A DNA stretch of 64,000 nt from Azolla caroliniana (Eukaryota; Plantae; Polypodiophyta): positions 12,090,001-12,154,000 of the forward strand of contig JBHGNT010000011.1 of the NCBI GenBank assembly GCA_043228905.1, in the 5' to 3' direction. Below are positions 22,841-34,069 of this stretch, piece by piece; position 1 is the stretch's first letter, and the number at the start of each line of letters is the position of its first letter. The translations under genes were made by a program, and so were the position numbers. Under the pieces are notes generated by a model, which was not told the origin of the DNA, ran no database searches, and saw only the letters and a list, made by a program, of their open reading frames with translations.

Positions 22841-23258
22841 CCGTTATGGCGTCACCCGGACTTGAACCTCGAACCTTGTAATCCATACTTGAAAACCTCG
22901 ACCATTAAGATAGCTTATTGTTATATGAAACAATAAAAGCTACTTCTTGTATTACATTGATTATTGTAAAAACTCTAGATTATTCTAGAATGTTCTAGAA
23001 TGTCCTAGAGCATTCTAGGTCTAGAACATTCTAGAAATCTCTAAGATATTCTATTTGAACCTATAAATAAGGGCATATATGTATTCTCAAATCAATTCGA
23101 ATCAACACCAGTCTTTAGCTCACATTATATATCTTGTATCCATTCTCTTTCTTTCTCTATATTATACATCCATTCTTCTCTTAGTATTTCGTTCCTTTCT
23201 TCTCGTGTTCTCTAATATCCTTCTTCCATCACTCTATCTTTTATCCTTGGTTCTGACA
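22825..23258 (+). repeat. 3' LTR of chromovirus
   Basis: Preceded by PPT, followed by TSD CGTCT. Confidence 0.95.
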
Positions 23259-23263
23259 CGTCT

Positions 23264-24440
23264 GAGGGTCCGAACGTTTCCCTACTGCCTCAACGGTCCT
23301 TGCCGACGACTGTCGTTGGAGGTGCTCCATAGGCTCCTCTATTTCCTCTTCCTGAGTCCCGGTATTGAGTTTCGCCACCAATGGGTCCGCTTCTCTATTC
23401 ACCGGTCGGCAGAGTGTGATCTTTACGGGTCGTACCAGTGATTCCTCCTACGCATCTGTTGGCCGCTTCTGGCTGGCGCTCTCCTTTCCCGCCTGTTCTG
23501 CGTCCGCCGCCTTCCCCTTAGTGGCCTTAGAGGCCAACAACTGTTGTCTTTTGGAAGCAGTCTTCGGGGTGTCGTCCGCCACTCTTCCCCGCTTCTCGAG
23601 CTGGACGGGTGACACAAGCAAGGTGAGCCACTACGTTACTGCGTGCCATATCCTCCGTCTGTCTCGGCCTTCTTTACCGTCTTTTCCTCTGACGATCTCG
23701 ATTGCCGCACACAAACCGTTTGCGATCAATACCGGCCAATCCACCTTGATCCCTTCATAGGTGGCGATGATCATCCCTGCCCGGTTCTGCGGCATGACAG
23801 GGGGTGTAGGGTACACATGGCCGTATTCGTGGAGCACACGGGCAATCTCGCGGAATAGCATATCTCTGCCGCCTTGTGTCTGGTAGCCCTTGTTGGCTAG
23901 GGAGTACTCACCAAAATACTTGATGAGTTGCTCCGAGGTCGGATTGTCAATCGTGAATATGCCTCCCTCCGGAAGGCCTGTTAACGCACAGATCGCCTCA
24001 TCCGTTCTGACCTCTGTGTCAATTTCTTTGATCACCTTGTCGGCTTCTTTGTGTGGCGGTGCCTCCATAATCGTCAAGAAGCCCTCGAGCCCGTGTTGCT
24101 TTAGCCATTTCTTGGCGGCTTCCGACACCGTTTGCGGGTCCATGTCTGTGTCGAGGTCAGATTGTGGTGGCGAGGTTGGATGATGATGAGAGTGAGAGTG
24201 AGCGAGAGAGAGTTCAGAAAGCGGGGGTTCTCTGTGCGTAGGTTCTCGTCTGATGATCTTCCAACGCCTTGGTGCTTCTGTGCTCCTGGGTTCGCGAAAG
24301 TAGAGGGTCTCCATGCGCAGTGGTTTTTCTCTGTGCATTCTGGCGCCTTTTTCGAGCGTGTGTACTAAAATAGCATTATGTGATGTGGCGGCCCTTAAAT
24401 GCCCACTACGTACCTTTTCGCTCCTCGCTCTCTCGTCCAT
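23264..24440 (-). pseudogene. extra ORF of element A, N-terminal part (PMD/Transposase_32-like helical domain, tentative)
   Basis: ORF 23631-24440: WLKQHGLEGFL...TDEAICALTGLPEGG...KVDWPVLI; sense orientation, downstream of integrase. Confidence 0.65.
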
Positions 24441-24508
24441 TCATACCTCACTTTTGCATGATTACTTCGCTTTCTTTTTTCTTTTTTCTTTTTTAATGTA
24501 GTGTGAGG

Positions 24509-27500
24509 TTACTTGTCCGTTGGTCCTATCGGACCCTTACCGGCCTCATTACGGTTGTCGTTTCCCTCACCGGTTGCCGTTTCCTCACCGGTTCCCGATC
24601 CGGTGTCGGTCCTTTGCTCAAATGGGTTCTTGGGCATCGGTCCTCTATATGGCTTCAATCTAAATCCGTTGACCCATTTGCCTAGCACTTCGCCAGCAAG
24701 TGTCCCTAACTGGTAGGACCCATTATACTCACGTGTCAGCCATCTAAACCGTAGTTTACCCGGCATCTTGCCCATCCGGGTCTGAAATACTAACACTGGC
24801 TTGCCGATTGCGAACATTTTTTCATTTCCTTTCCTGTGCTGGTCGACAAATGCTTTCTGTCGCCATTGTTCCAATTCTAAGTGCAGGATGCTTGCCAGTC
24901 GTTGTTCCTCGAGTTCACACGGCGCTGTTAACCGTATTGCCTCCGACTCCTTCTCGTTCAGCCATTCCCATAGCTGGATCCGTAAGCTTGGTAAGTTTGG
25001 AATTCCACCGGCATGACCGCCTCTAGTCCAAACGCTAACCGGAACAGTGTTGTTCGGATGCTCGTTTTGTATGTTGTCCGGTATAATGCCCAAAGCGCGC
25101 TATGTAGCTTGGTATCCCAATCCATTCGGTTTTCGTTGACGATCTTCCGGAGGATATTCTGGAGCGTTTTGTTCGTCGACTCAGCTAACCCGTTTGTTTG
25201 CGGATAGTACGGTGTGCTCTGTTTATGGACAACGGCATAGAATGTCGTCAAGCTTTCAACTACTTGGCCGAGAAAGTGCCCCCCTTGGTCCTTATTAATT
25301 CGATTGGGCATCCGTAACGGCACCAGATGTATTCGTATAGAAATTTTGCCGTTGACGCAGCGGTGTTGTCTCTTAAGGCTTTGGCCTCCACCCATTTCGT
25401 GCAGTAATCCGTCGCGACGATGACGTACCGATTACCTGTTCTCATTGCCGGTGGTTTGAACGGTCCAACAAAGTCCAGCCCCCACTTCTGGAATGGTTCA
25501 AGTGGTAGTACAGGCTGGTGTGGCATCCGAGCTTGCTCCGTTGGCTAGCCCATTCGCTGGCATAGGTCACATTCTTTTGCGTACCGTACAACATCTCTTA
25601 ATGTAGTTGGCCACCATAAGCCACTTTGCCATATTTTCCTGGCCGTCACATCTCCGGCATAGTGACCTCCGGCAACTCCGCAGTGCGCTTCCCTTAGTAT
25701 GAGGTCCTTTTCATCGCTGTGCACAACCCGTCTCCAAATGCCGCCCGCGCCCTTGTGGTAAAGTGTGTCTCGTAGTGAGCAGAAATGTCGGCTTTGCACC
25801 GCCAGGCGTTTCCTTTCGTCCCGGTTCATCTCCTCCGGAGGCAGTCCTGTGCTCAGAAACTGGTGCATATTGGTGAGCCACTTGTCTTCCTGTGACATCG
25901 TCTCATCTGCTGTCATTTCCGTAGTGACTCGAAACAGCTCCGCATCCGGAAATTCGTCCGCTACTCCGTCGCCCATCTCTCCGGACTCTAGTCGGCTTAA
26001 ATAATCCGCTACGACATGCTGTATACCAGGTCGGTGGAATATTTCGAACTCGAATTCCTGTAACAGTAAGGTCCACCGGGCCAACTTACCGGTGAGTGAC
26101 GCCTTGGACACCAGGTAGAGGAGTGCCGAATGATCTACATGGAAGGAAAACTTCCTTCCCAATAAATAATGCCGAAACTTTGTCACACTGTAGATCATCC
26201 CTAGAGCTTCCCGTTCCGTGGTAGAGTAGTTCCGTTCCACTTGGGATAGCTTTCGGCTGGCATAGTACACTGGCCGGTACCACTTTGGCTCCGTAAGCTG
26301 GCATCAGTACGCTTCCGATTGCGATGTCGGAGGCATCCACGAACACATGAAATTCTTTACTCCAATCCGGAGGCTGCACTACCGGTGCTTGCGACAATAG
26401 TACCTTGAGGGCCCTATACGCCCTATCCTTGGTGTCGGTCCACTGGAATGGTGTTCGATGTACCGCGGCATGCAACGGTGTAGCCAGGTCGGCCAAGTAT
26501 CAGAGCATCCGGCTGTGCCACCGGATCTGGCCTAAGAACCGGCTCAATGCCTTTGCCGTTACCGGCGCTGGTGCTTCTAATATGGCTTTCACTTTGTCCG
26601 GGTCAACTGCAATGCCTTCCTGGCTCACAATATGTCCTAGTAGGGTTCCACTGGAGACGCCAAATACACACTTCGCCGGATTCAAGCTTAGCTGGTACGC
26701 TCTACACTTTTCTAGACAAAGACGGAGGTGCTTAAAATGGTCCTCTTCCCGGCTATAGACGGCGAAGTCGTCAAGGAAAACCTGCATAAAAGTCGGGATA
26801 TATTCACCAAAGATTTCCATGATGATTCGTTGGAATGTTGTCGGTGCCGTTTTGAGTCCGAACATCATCACCACGACCACAAACACCCCCCATTCGGTGA
26901 CGAAAGTCGTTTTCTCTTGGTTGTCGAGGTGCATCCGGATCTGATTATACCCGTTGAATCCGTCTAGAAAGCTATAGACCTCATGGCCGGCAACGGCATC
27001 CAACACTCCATCTGTGAACAGAAGTGGAAAGGCATCTGTTACCGTAGCTGCATTGAGTTTCCGGTAGTCCACACAAACTCGAATTTTTCCGTTCTTCTTC
27101 GGTACGACTACGATCGGGCTCAGCCATGTCGTTTTCTTTACCGGACGGATAAAGCCAACTCTTAGCAGTTTGTCGATTTCCTCCTTGACTTTGGCGGCAT
27201 AATTGGGATTCATCTGATACCGTCTTTGTGCCACTGGTTTTGCGTCCTTGCTCAAGTGAATCTGATGCTGGTATAACTAAGGGTCGAGCCCTCGCGTGTC
27301 TTCGTATGACCAAGCAAACACGTCGCGAAATTCCGTGAGAACTGTGATCATCGCCGTTTTGTTTTCGGACTTCATCTCCTTGGCGATGTGCACCGGTTTT
27401 GCTTCGTCCGTGGTCCCTAGGTTCACCTCTTCAAGTTGCGACGCTTTTACGCGCTATGAAACGGCCATTTCCCGTTCCAACGCTTCCTGCGCTTGCCGTA

Positions 27501-28606
27501 ACTCTCGGATTGCGTCCTTATCCGGTTCTGCTTCAGTCTCTTCCAACTATGGTAAGTATGGTGCTACTGCTTCGGCAATGTCAATTTCGAAGAGGGGTAC
27601 GATCTTCGGGTTTTCCTGCAAGTACTGAGCTTCTTCTTCGTCAGCTAACCCTTCTAGCATGTTGACGCACTTTGCATACAACGGTGTACATTCCTTGCCA
27701 GTGCTCGTCCTTGGCTGTGTTGGTACACGTACCTTGGCTTTTCCTCGTCGGAAGGTAATTATATTTTTCCTCCAATTCTGTTTTATATGTGTCGTTTTCA
27801 ACCATGGCCGCCCCAGCAATAGCGAGTACGCGCCTTGTGCCTGTAATTGTAGCACTACTGCCGAGATGTGAAATGTATGACCGCCAACGGTGACTTCTAA
27901 TTTTCGTATTAATCCTGTCGGCCGCACTGAGCTTGTATAGGCCATCCGTAACCAGAACGGACACGACTCCCACTCGTGGATTCCGAGGGCATCACACGTC
28001 CGGAGGCTTATTACATTCACACCGGAGCCTCCGTCTATTACTGTGCCGGGGAATTCTTTCCCTTTTACAATGGCAGTAATTACCGGACTATTGGTGTCCA
28101 CCACCGTTGGTCCCTCCTTCGGATTCGAGAAGAGTACCGGTGCTGGTGATGATTCTCCTTACGTCATGGCTGTCTTTAGTCCTTCCGTGAATCTCGGCAC
28201 GAGCTGTAGGAGTCTTCCTAGTGGCAGCGTAATCTGGCATTCCTGCAACGTCTGCCATGTCTCGTTCTCGGAGTGACTGCCGCCGACAAGCCCTACGGTG
28301 TTCTCCTTTTGCCGCTCTAAGTCTGTTACGTTTTGCTCGTTTGCTTTCTTCGCCCATTCCGTCGCTTGCTTCCGGATGGTCTCCTGCATCTCCCATTCCT
28401 TGGCCATGCCCTTCGACCTTGTGGTCACTTGCTGCAGATCTGCCACTTCAAGTACTACCATATTTACTGACGGTCGTTTGTCATAGCTCTTCGTCGGGCA
28501 TTGATTACTATAATGGCCTTCCTGTCGGCAGTAGTAGCAGTAGGCTTTCCGGGTATTGCTGGATTCAGCATTGTTTGTTGTATCTGGGGCAGGTCCTGTG
28601 GTAAGC
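24509..28606 (-). pseudogene. pol: element A polyprotein: Zn knuckle-PR-RT-RH-IN, disrupted
   Basis: DGGSGVNVI; FLDDF; VDASD...YYASRKL...NYSTTEREAL; H...GGHY...CDLCQR; WGLDFVGP; PYYPQTNGLAE. Confidence 0.93.
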
Positions 28607-31600
28607 GCGGTGTCGTGAAGAAAAACTGTCCCCTAGAGCAATCGGTGCATAGCGCGCGTGAAGCGGCTCTTCACGCGTGCGCGCCCCCTAATGTATATAA
28701 TAGGGAATTAGGTACATAGGTATATCTTGGGTAGTTAGATTCGTTAGGTAGCAAGTAAATGAGGGAGACGGCTCCCTTCTTGAAGCTATAAAGGAGAGGG
28801 AAACGCAGGGAGAAGGGATAGCGCATTAAGGAGGACGAAGTGTTGTCGGACCGAAACCGAACGCTTCTGCTTTGTTCGTTCTCCATCACTCTTCTCTGCA
28901 GGTTTTCGGGAGGCTCGCGCTGCTTCGAGGAACGCCCGTGTGCTTCCGGCAGCACCTCCACCCTTTTCCCCTTTCGTGCGCAGACGAATAGGCATCGGCA
29001 TCTGTTCGTCGGCCTGTTCGGTTGTAACCGCTCGCATGCTTTGTTGTTTATTTGTTATTCGTTAATATACAAACTTTCGTGTCTCTCTGTGTCTGTGTCC
29101 ATTCGTGTCTTCTGTGTTGACGGGTCGTGTCCCTGTGTTCCTTTGCTCATACGCAACCGGGCGTCTCTCTCTTTCTCTTTCCCCTTCTACCGCCTGCTCT
29201 TCGGTTCAAGACCCCGGTGGTCCCGCCTCGTTTCAAGACCCCGGTGGTCCCGGTGGTGTACCCGACGTGAACATGGCGGCAGAGGAGCAGAAGATGAGGG
29301 GGTCGGATCTTGCAGAGGCCATGGCTTCGGCTGTGGACCGGATAGTGAGCGCGCGCGAGGGCACCGGTGCCCTTGACAGGGCTATTGAGGCGATCGTTGG
29401 TATGATCGGCCGGTTCAGTGGAAAGGATGCCACGAGTTATTTGGCGTCCTAACGGGCGGAGATGTTGATGAGGGATATTCCGGAAGAGAGGCATCTTGCC
29501 GGATTCCCTCGAATGGCGATGTCGGGCATCCATGCGGAGGTGCTCGAGGTCCGGGCGGAGAGCCGGACCTGGGAGGAGTTCGAAGGATGGCTCTTGGAGA
29601 AATACGGGCTGGATGACGCGCTTCGACTTTCGAAGCGGGGCTTCATGGAGTGGGTGGAGTCCCCCAACAAAGGAAGAAATGCGTCGGCACTCCTCCGGGA
29701 GTTTGAGGATCGCTTTGCACGCCTTTCGGTGCTCAATCAGACCGTTCTGGACACAAGTCGTGTCCTATTGTTTGTCAAATCGGTTGACGCACGGGATCGG
29801 GAGCAAGTGGGCTCCTTACTGGAAACCGAAGATGGGCTGAAGGCCGACTAGGCCGCGGTAAAAAGAGTATGCGGCCGTTTTGACAAACGGTGGGAGTGGG
29901 CTGATACAGGAGTGACCGGGGCAGGCCCTGTCACAGCAAGGAATCTCGAACCGATACCGCAGACGCGAAGGGAAGAGACCCGGGAGTGGCTCGAAACCGG
30001 TTCGGCTTCGACCGGCGTGGTCAGAGGCTCGTCCAGGGGAACAACTTTGGAGGAGTTGACACGAGCGGTAAAGGATCTCCAGATCGCCCAGGCTCGGAGG
30101 GAAGGCGGCGATCAGGCTCGTGACCGACAGCCTCCGACGGGAAATAGGTGCATGTGGTGCGACGAGGTCGGCCACATCCGGAAAGACTGAGGGGACTTTA
30201 CGGAGGCTTTGAGAAGCCGGGTAGTGTACCTATGGGAAGGTCGGGTGCACGCCAGAGATACCCGGAGGACCCTGAACCGAAACGACGGGCGAGGAGGAAT
30301 GAAAAGGCTGATGGAAGAGGCGGCAGCCCGGCACGCGGAGACCGTCCACTACTCAGCATCAGCCGGTATTCGGGTCGGAGGCAGCGAGGCCCGGAAGGAG
30401 AGCAAAGCCGGGTTCTGGCCGACGGTGCTGGAAGGCCTCGCCGGTGCCAAACTAAAGAGAGACGAGGCGGACCGCGCGGAGAAGCGGGTCTAGGAGGTAA
30501 CCGGGTGGAGTGACCCGATCGAAGAAAAGACGGGTTTCGTCAAAGCAGCTTGCCAGAACTACGAGGCTCTGGTTGAAGACAAACGAGTAGGTAAACCCGG
30601 AGGGACCGGACCCTCACAGAGATAGAAACCCGATTCGAGCCGAAACCGAACGAGGCCGGTGAGTCCAGCGCCCGGGATAACCACAAGAAGGGCGGATACC
30701 GTTTGGGCACGGAGATCGAAAGGACCACGGACCTACGAAAGGTCCTGGAAGAATGAATCCTCGACAACAAAGTGGAACTGTCATTGCAGGAGGTGCTCGG
30801 AATTGCCAAGAAGGAGTTCCACGACTCCATCATGGACTTGGTGAAGAGGAAGGGGTTGTTGACAGAGACAGAACCGGAAAGGCCGGTGGAGGTGCGGACG
30901 GCGCACATAGAGGACATGGCACTGGAAGACGAGTGGGCGGAGAGCAACTATTCGAGGCCACACTGGGCCCGAGCAACCACAGAAACCCCAGTGAAGATCG
31001 GAAATGTTCAGGAACCGGTGGTGGCGTTGGTGGACCACGGTTCGGAAATAAACCTGATGTCCATGGACTTCTACAAGAAGGGGAAATGGCCGATCAACAC
31101 TAAGCACGGGTGGAAGATACGGTGTCGTGAAGAAAACCGCCCACAAGAGGAATCGGAGGAACAAGGCGTGGGAAACGGCTCTACACACACACGCGCGCCA
31201 AGAAGTACCTAAGGACGAAGTAGGTACATACGAGGATCCTAGGTGGACAGATTCGGTTGGTATGCAGTTAATGCCAAACGGCCTCTTGACGGGCTATAAA
31301 AGGAAGAGGAAGAATAGAAGTCGGACATCTCCCGCGGAGAGGACAAAGTGCTGCCGAACCGATTTCGGAGCTTCTCTCTCACTCCTGCTCTCTCTGTCTT
31401 CTGCTCCATCGCGTACCTGTGCAGGTTTCGAGGAGGCTTGCGCTGTTCCGTGGAACGCCCCGAGTGCGTCCTGCAGCACCTCCGACCTGTTTTCCCTTTC
31501 TGTGCGTCGCGACATACAGGGGTCGGCAGCTGTTCGCCGCCCTGTTCGTTTCCGTTAGTATCTATTTTGTGCCCCACCGTGGGTTGTAATACTTTAGTCT

Positions 31601-31843
31601 GTTATTTTCTTGCATTCATAAGTACATATCTCTCGTTGTTGCGTCCATCTGCGTCGGCGTTTATTTGTGATCTCTGTTTGTTGGGCCGTGTCCCTGTGCA
31701 ATCGTCGGTTCTGCGCAATCGGATCTTCGGTCCTGTGTAATCGGGTCTCTCTCTCTTACTCCTCTCTCTCTTGCTCTTCGGTTCGAGACCCCCGTGGTCC
31801 CTCCTCCTTTCTACACGCAAGGGCGTAAAAAACCCCGACATCT

Positions 31844-31861
31844 TGGTGAACCCGACGTGAA
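31844..31861 (+). promoter_or_regulatory. PBS complementary to tRNA-Trp
   Basis: TGGTGAACCCGACGTGAA complements ...UUCACGUCGGGUUCA-CCA, recalled as the 3' end of plant cytosolic tRNA-Trp; same 18-mer at 48211-48228 (-). Confidence 0.85.
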
Positions 31862-31883
31862 AGAGGCGGCAGAAAAGTAGGAA

Positions 31884-34010
31884 ATGAAGGGGGCGGATCT
31901 TGCAGAGGCCATGGCTTCGGCCGTGGATCGGATAGTAAGCGCGCGCGAGGGCACCGGCGCCCTCGATAGAGCTATTGAGGCGGTCGTCGGAACGATCGGT
32001 CGATTCACCGGAAAAGATGCCACGAAGTACCTGGCGTCCTACGGTGCGGAAATGTTAATGCGGGACATTCCGGAAGACAGGCGTCTTGCCGGTTTTCCCC
32101 GAGTGGCGATGCCGAGCATTCACGCGGAGGTGCTCGAGGTGCGGGCGGAGAGCCGTACCTGGGAGGAGTTCGAAGGTCGGCTCCTGGAGAAATACGGACT
32201 GGACGACGCGCTCCGGCTTTCGAAGCGAAGCTTCATGGAGTGGGTGGAGTCTCCCGGGAAAGGAAGGAATGCGTCGGCACTCCTCCGGGAGTTCGAGGAG
32301 AACTTCGCGCGCCTTTCGGCGCTTGACAGGATGGTCCTGGATACAAGCCGGGTCCTGCTGTTCGTCAAATCGGTTGACGAGAGGGATCGGAGTCACGTGG
32401 GCGCCCTGCTAGAAACCGAAGACGGGCTGACAGCCGACTGGGCGGCGGTCAAGAGAGCCTGCGGCCGTTTCGACAAACGGCGAGAATGGGAGGATGACAG
32501 AGCAACCGGGTCGGGCTCAGTCGCGGCGAGGAAACTCGAGCCGGCGCAGCCGGTGCGAAGGGAAGAGACTCGGGAGTGGCTGGAATCCGGTTCAGCTCCG
32601 ACCGGCGTGATCAGAGGCTCGACTGGAGGAGCTGCGTTGGAGGAACTGACGAGGGCGATAAAAGACCTCCAAATCGCACAGGCCCGCAGAGAAGACGGAG
32701 GACCTGCTCGTGACCGACGGCCGGCGGCAGGGAACAGGTGCATGTGGTGCGACGGGGTCGGCCACATCCGAAAAGACTGCGGCGATTTCGCAGAGGCGCT
32801 GAGGAACCGGGTGGTGTACCTATGGGAAGGCCGGGTTCACGCCAACGACACGAGAAGGGCCCTAAACCGAAACGACGGGCGAGGCGGAATGAAGAGGTTG
32901 ATGGAAGAGGCGGCGGCCCGACATGCGGAAACCGTCCACTACTCGGCGTCGGCCGGTATTCGAGTCGGGGGCGGCGAGGCCCGAAAGGAAAGCAAAGCCG
33001 GATTCTGGCCGACGATGCTGGGAGGCCTTGCCGGTGCAGGGCTTAAAAGGGAGGAATCGGACCGTGCGGAGAAACGGGTACGGGAGATGACCGGGTGGAG
33101 CGACCCGGTCGAGGAAAAGACGGGCTTCGTGGAAGCCGCTTGCCGGAACTACGAGGCTCTGGTAGAAGAGAAGCGGGTGGGGAAACCCGGGACGACCGGG
33201 CCCTCACAACGATACGAGACCCGGTCCGGGCCACGACGGGACGAAGCCGGCGGGGCCGGTACGCAAGATAAACCCCAGAAGGGCGGGTACCGTCTGGGGA
33301 CGGAGATAGAAAGAACCACGGACTTACGAAAGGTCCTGGAGGAACGGATCCTCGACAGCAAGGTGGAGTTGTCGCTACGGGAGGTGCTGGGAATCGCCAA
33401 GAAGGAGTTCCACGACTCCATCGTGGACTTGGTGAAACGGAAGAGGCTGTCAACGGAGACAGAACCGGAAAGACCGGTAGAGGTGCGGACGACGCACCTG
33501 GACGACATGGCGCTGAAAGACGAGTGGGCGGAGAGCCACTATTCGCGGCCACACTGGGCCCGAGCGACCACGGAAACCCCGGTAAAGATCGGCGATGTCC
33601 AGGAACCGGTAGTAGCTTTGGTGGACCACGGATCGGAAATCAACCTGATGTCCATGGACTTCTATAAGAAGGGCAAATGGCCGATCAACACCAAGCACGG
33701 GTGGAAGATAAGGGCGGCGACGCGCGCCACCGAGGAACTTCACGGGGCCTGCCCGAATGTACGGGTCAAGATCGGCGATGTCGAGATAGACCAGCACTTC
33801 TTCGTGCAGGAGTCGTCATCGCACCCCGTCATACTGGGAGAGCCGTACATCACGGCGGCTCGAATGGAGACCAAGGTGCTGGACAACGGTTCGGCCTATG
33901 CGCGGGTCAAGAGCCAGGACGGGCGCCATTCGGTCCAGTTTTTGACGGTTAGGCCGAACCACGAGCGTAACCGCGACTCCCTCGGTTCCGATAACCGAGA
34001 GGATTTTTAG
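31884..34010 (+). CDS. gag: Gag-protease polyprotein (708 aa)
   Basis: CMWCDGVGHIRKDC knuckle; LVDHGSEINLM...VILGEPY aspartic protease. Confidence 0.93.
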   Translation: MKGADLAEAMASAVDRIVSAREGTGALDRAIEAVVGTIGRFTGKDATKYLASYGAEMLMRDIPEDRRLAGFPRVAMPSIHAEVLEVRAESRTWEEFEGRLLEKYGLDDALRLSKRSFMEWVESPGKGRNASALLREFEENFARLSALDRMVLDTSRVLLFVKSVDERDRSHVGALLETEDGLTADWAAVKRACGRFDKRREWEDDRATGSGSVAARKLEPAQPVRREETREWLESGSAPTGVIRGSTGGAALEELTRAIKDLQIAQARREDGGPARDRRPAAGNRCMWCDGVGHIRKDCGDFAEALRNRVVYLWEGRVHANDTRRALNRNDGRGGMKRLMEEAAARHAETVHYSASAGIRVGGGEARKESKAGFWPTMLGGLAGAGLKREESDRAEKRVREMTGWSDPVEEKTGFVEAACRNYEALVEEKRVGKPGTTGPSQRYETRSGPRRDEAGGAGTQDKPQKGGYRLGTEIERTTDLRKVLEERILDSKVELSLREVLGIAKKEFHDSIVDLVKRKRLSTETEPERPVEVRTTHLDDMALKDEWAESHYSRPHWARATTETPVKIGDVQEPVVALVDHGSEINLMSMDFYKKGKWPINTKHGWKIRAATRATEELHGACPNVRVKIGDVEIDQHFFVQESSSHPVILGEPYITAARMETKVLDNGSAYARVKSQDGRHSVQFLTVRPNHERNRDSLGSDNREDF

Positions 34011-34069
34011 AGAGGGCTGCCAAGGCGTGGGGCCGCGACAGTCCGGACACCCCGGGAAAACCCCACACC
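34001..34069 (+). promoter_or_regulatory. -1 programmed ribosomal frameshift signal (G_GAT_TTT plus pseudoknot)
   Basis: The -1 frame is open from 34001 into pol; stems GGGCTG/CAGTCC and GTGGGG/CCCCAC; conserved in four copies. Confidence 0.85.

Larger units (their letters stand above)
17295..23258 (+). mobile_element. full-length chromovirus (Tcn1-like Ty3/gypsy), TSD CGTCT
   Basis: LTRs 17295-17750 and 22825-23258 (TGTCA...TGACA); PPT gaaggagggatag; gag, PR (LLDTGA), RT (YLDD), RH, IN and chromodomain. Confidence 0.97.

Noticed and set aside
15211-24440. env gene in element A
   Set aside because: No evident signal peptide or transmembrane helix; the protein is charged and coiled-coil.
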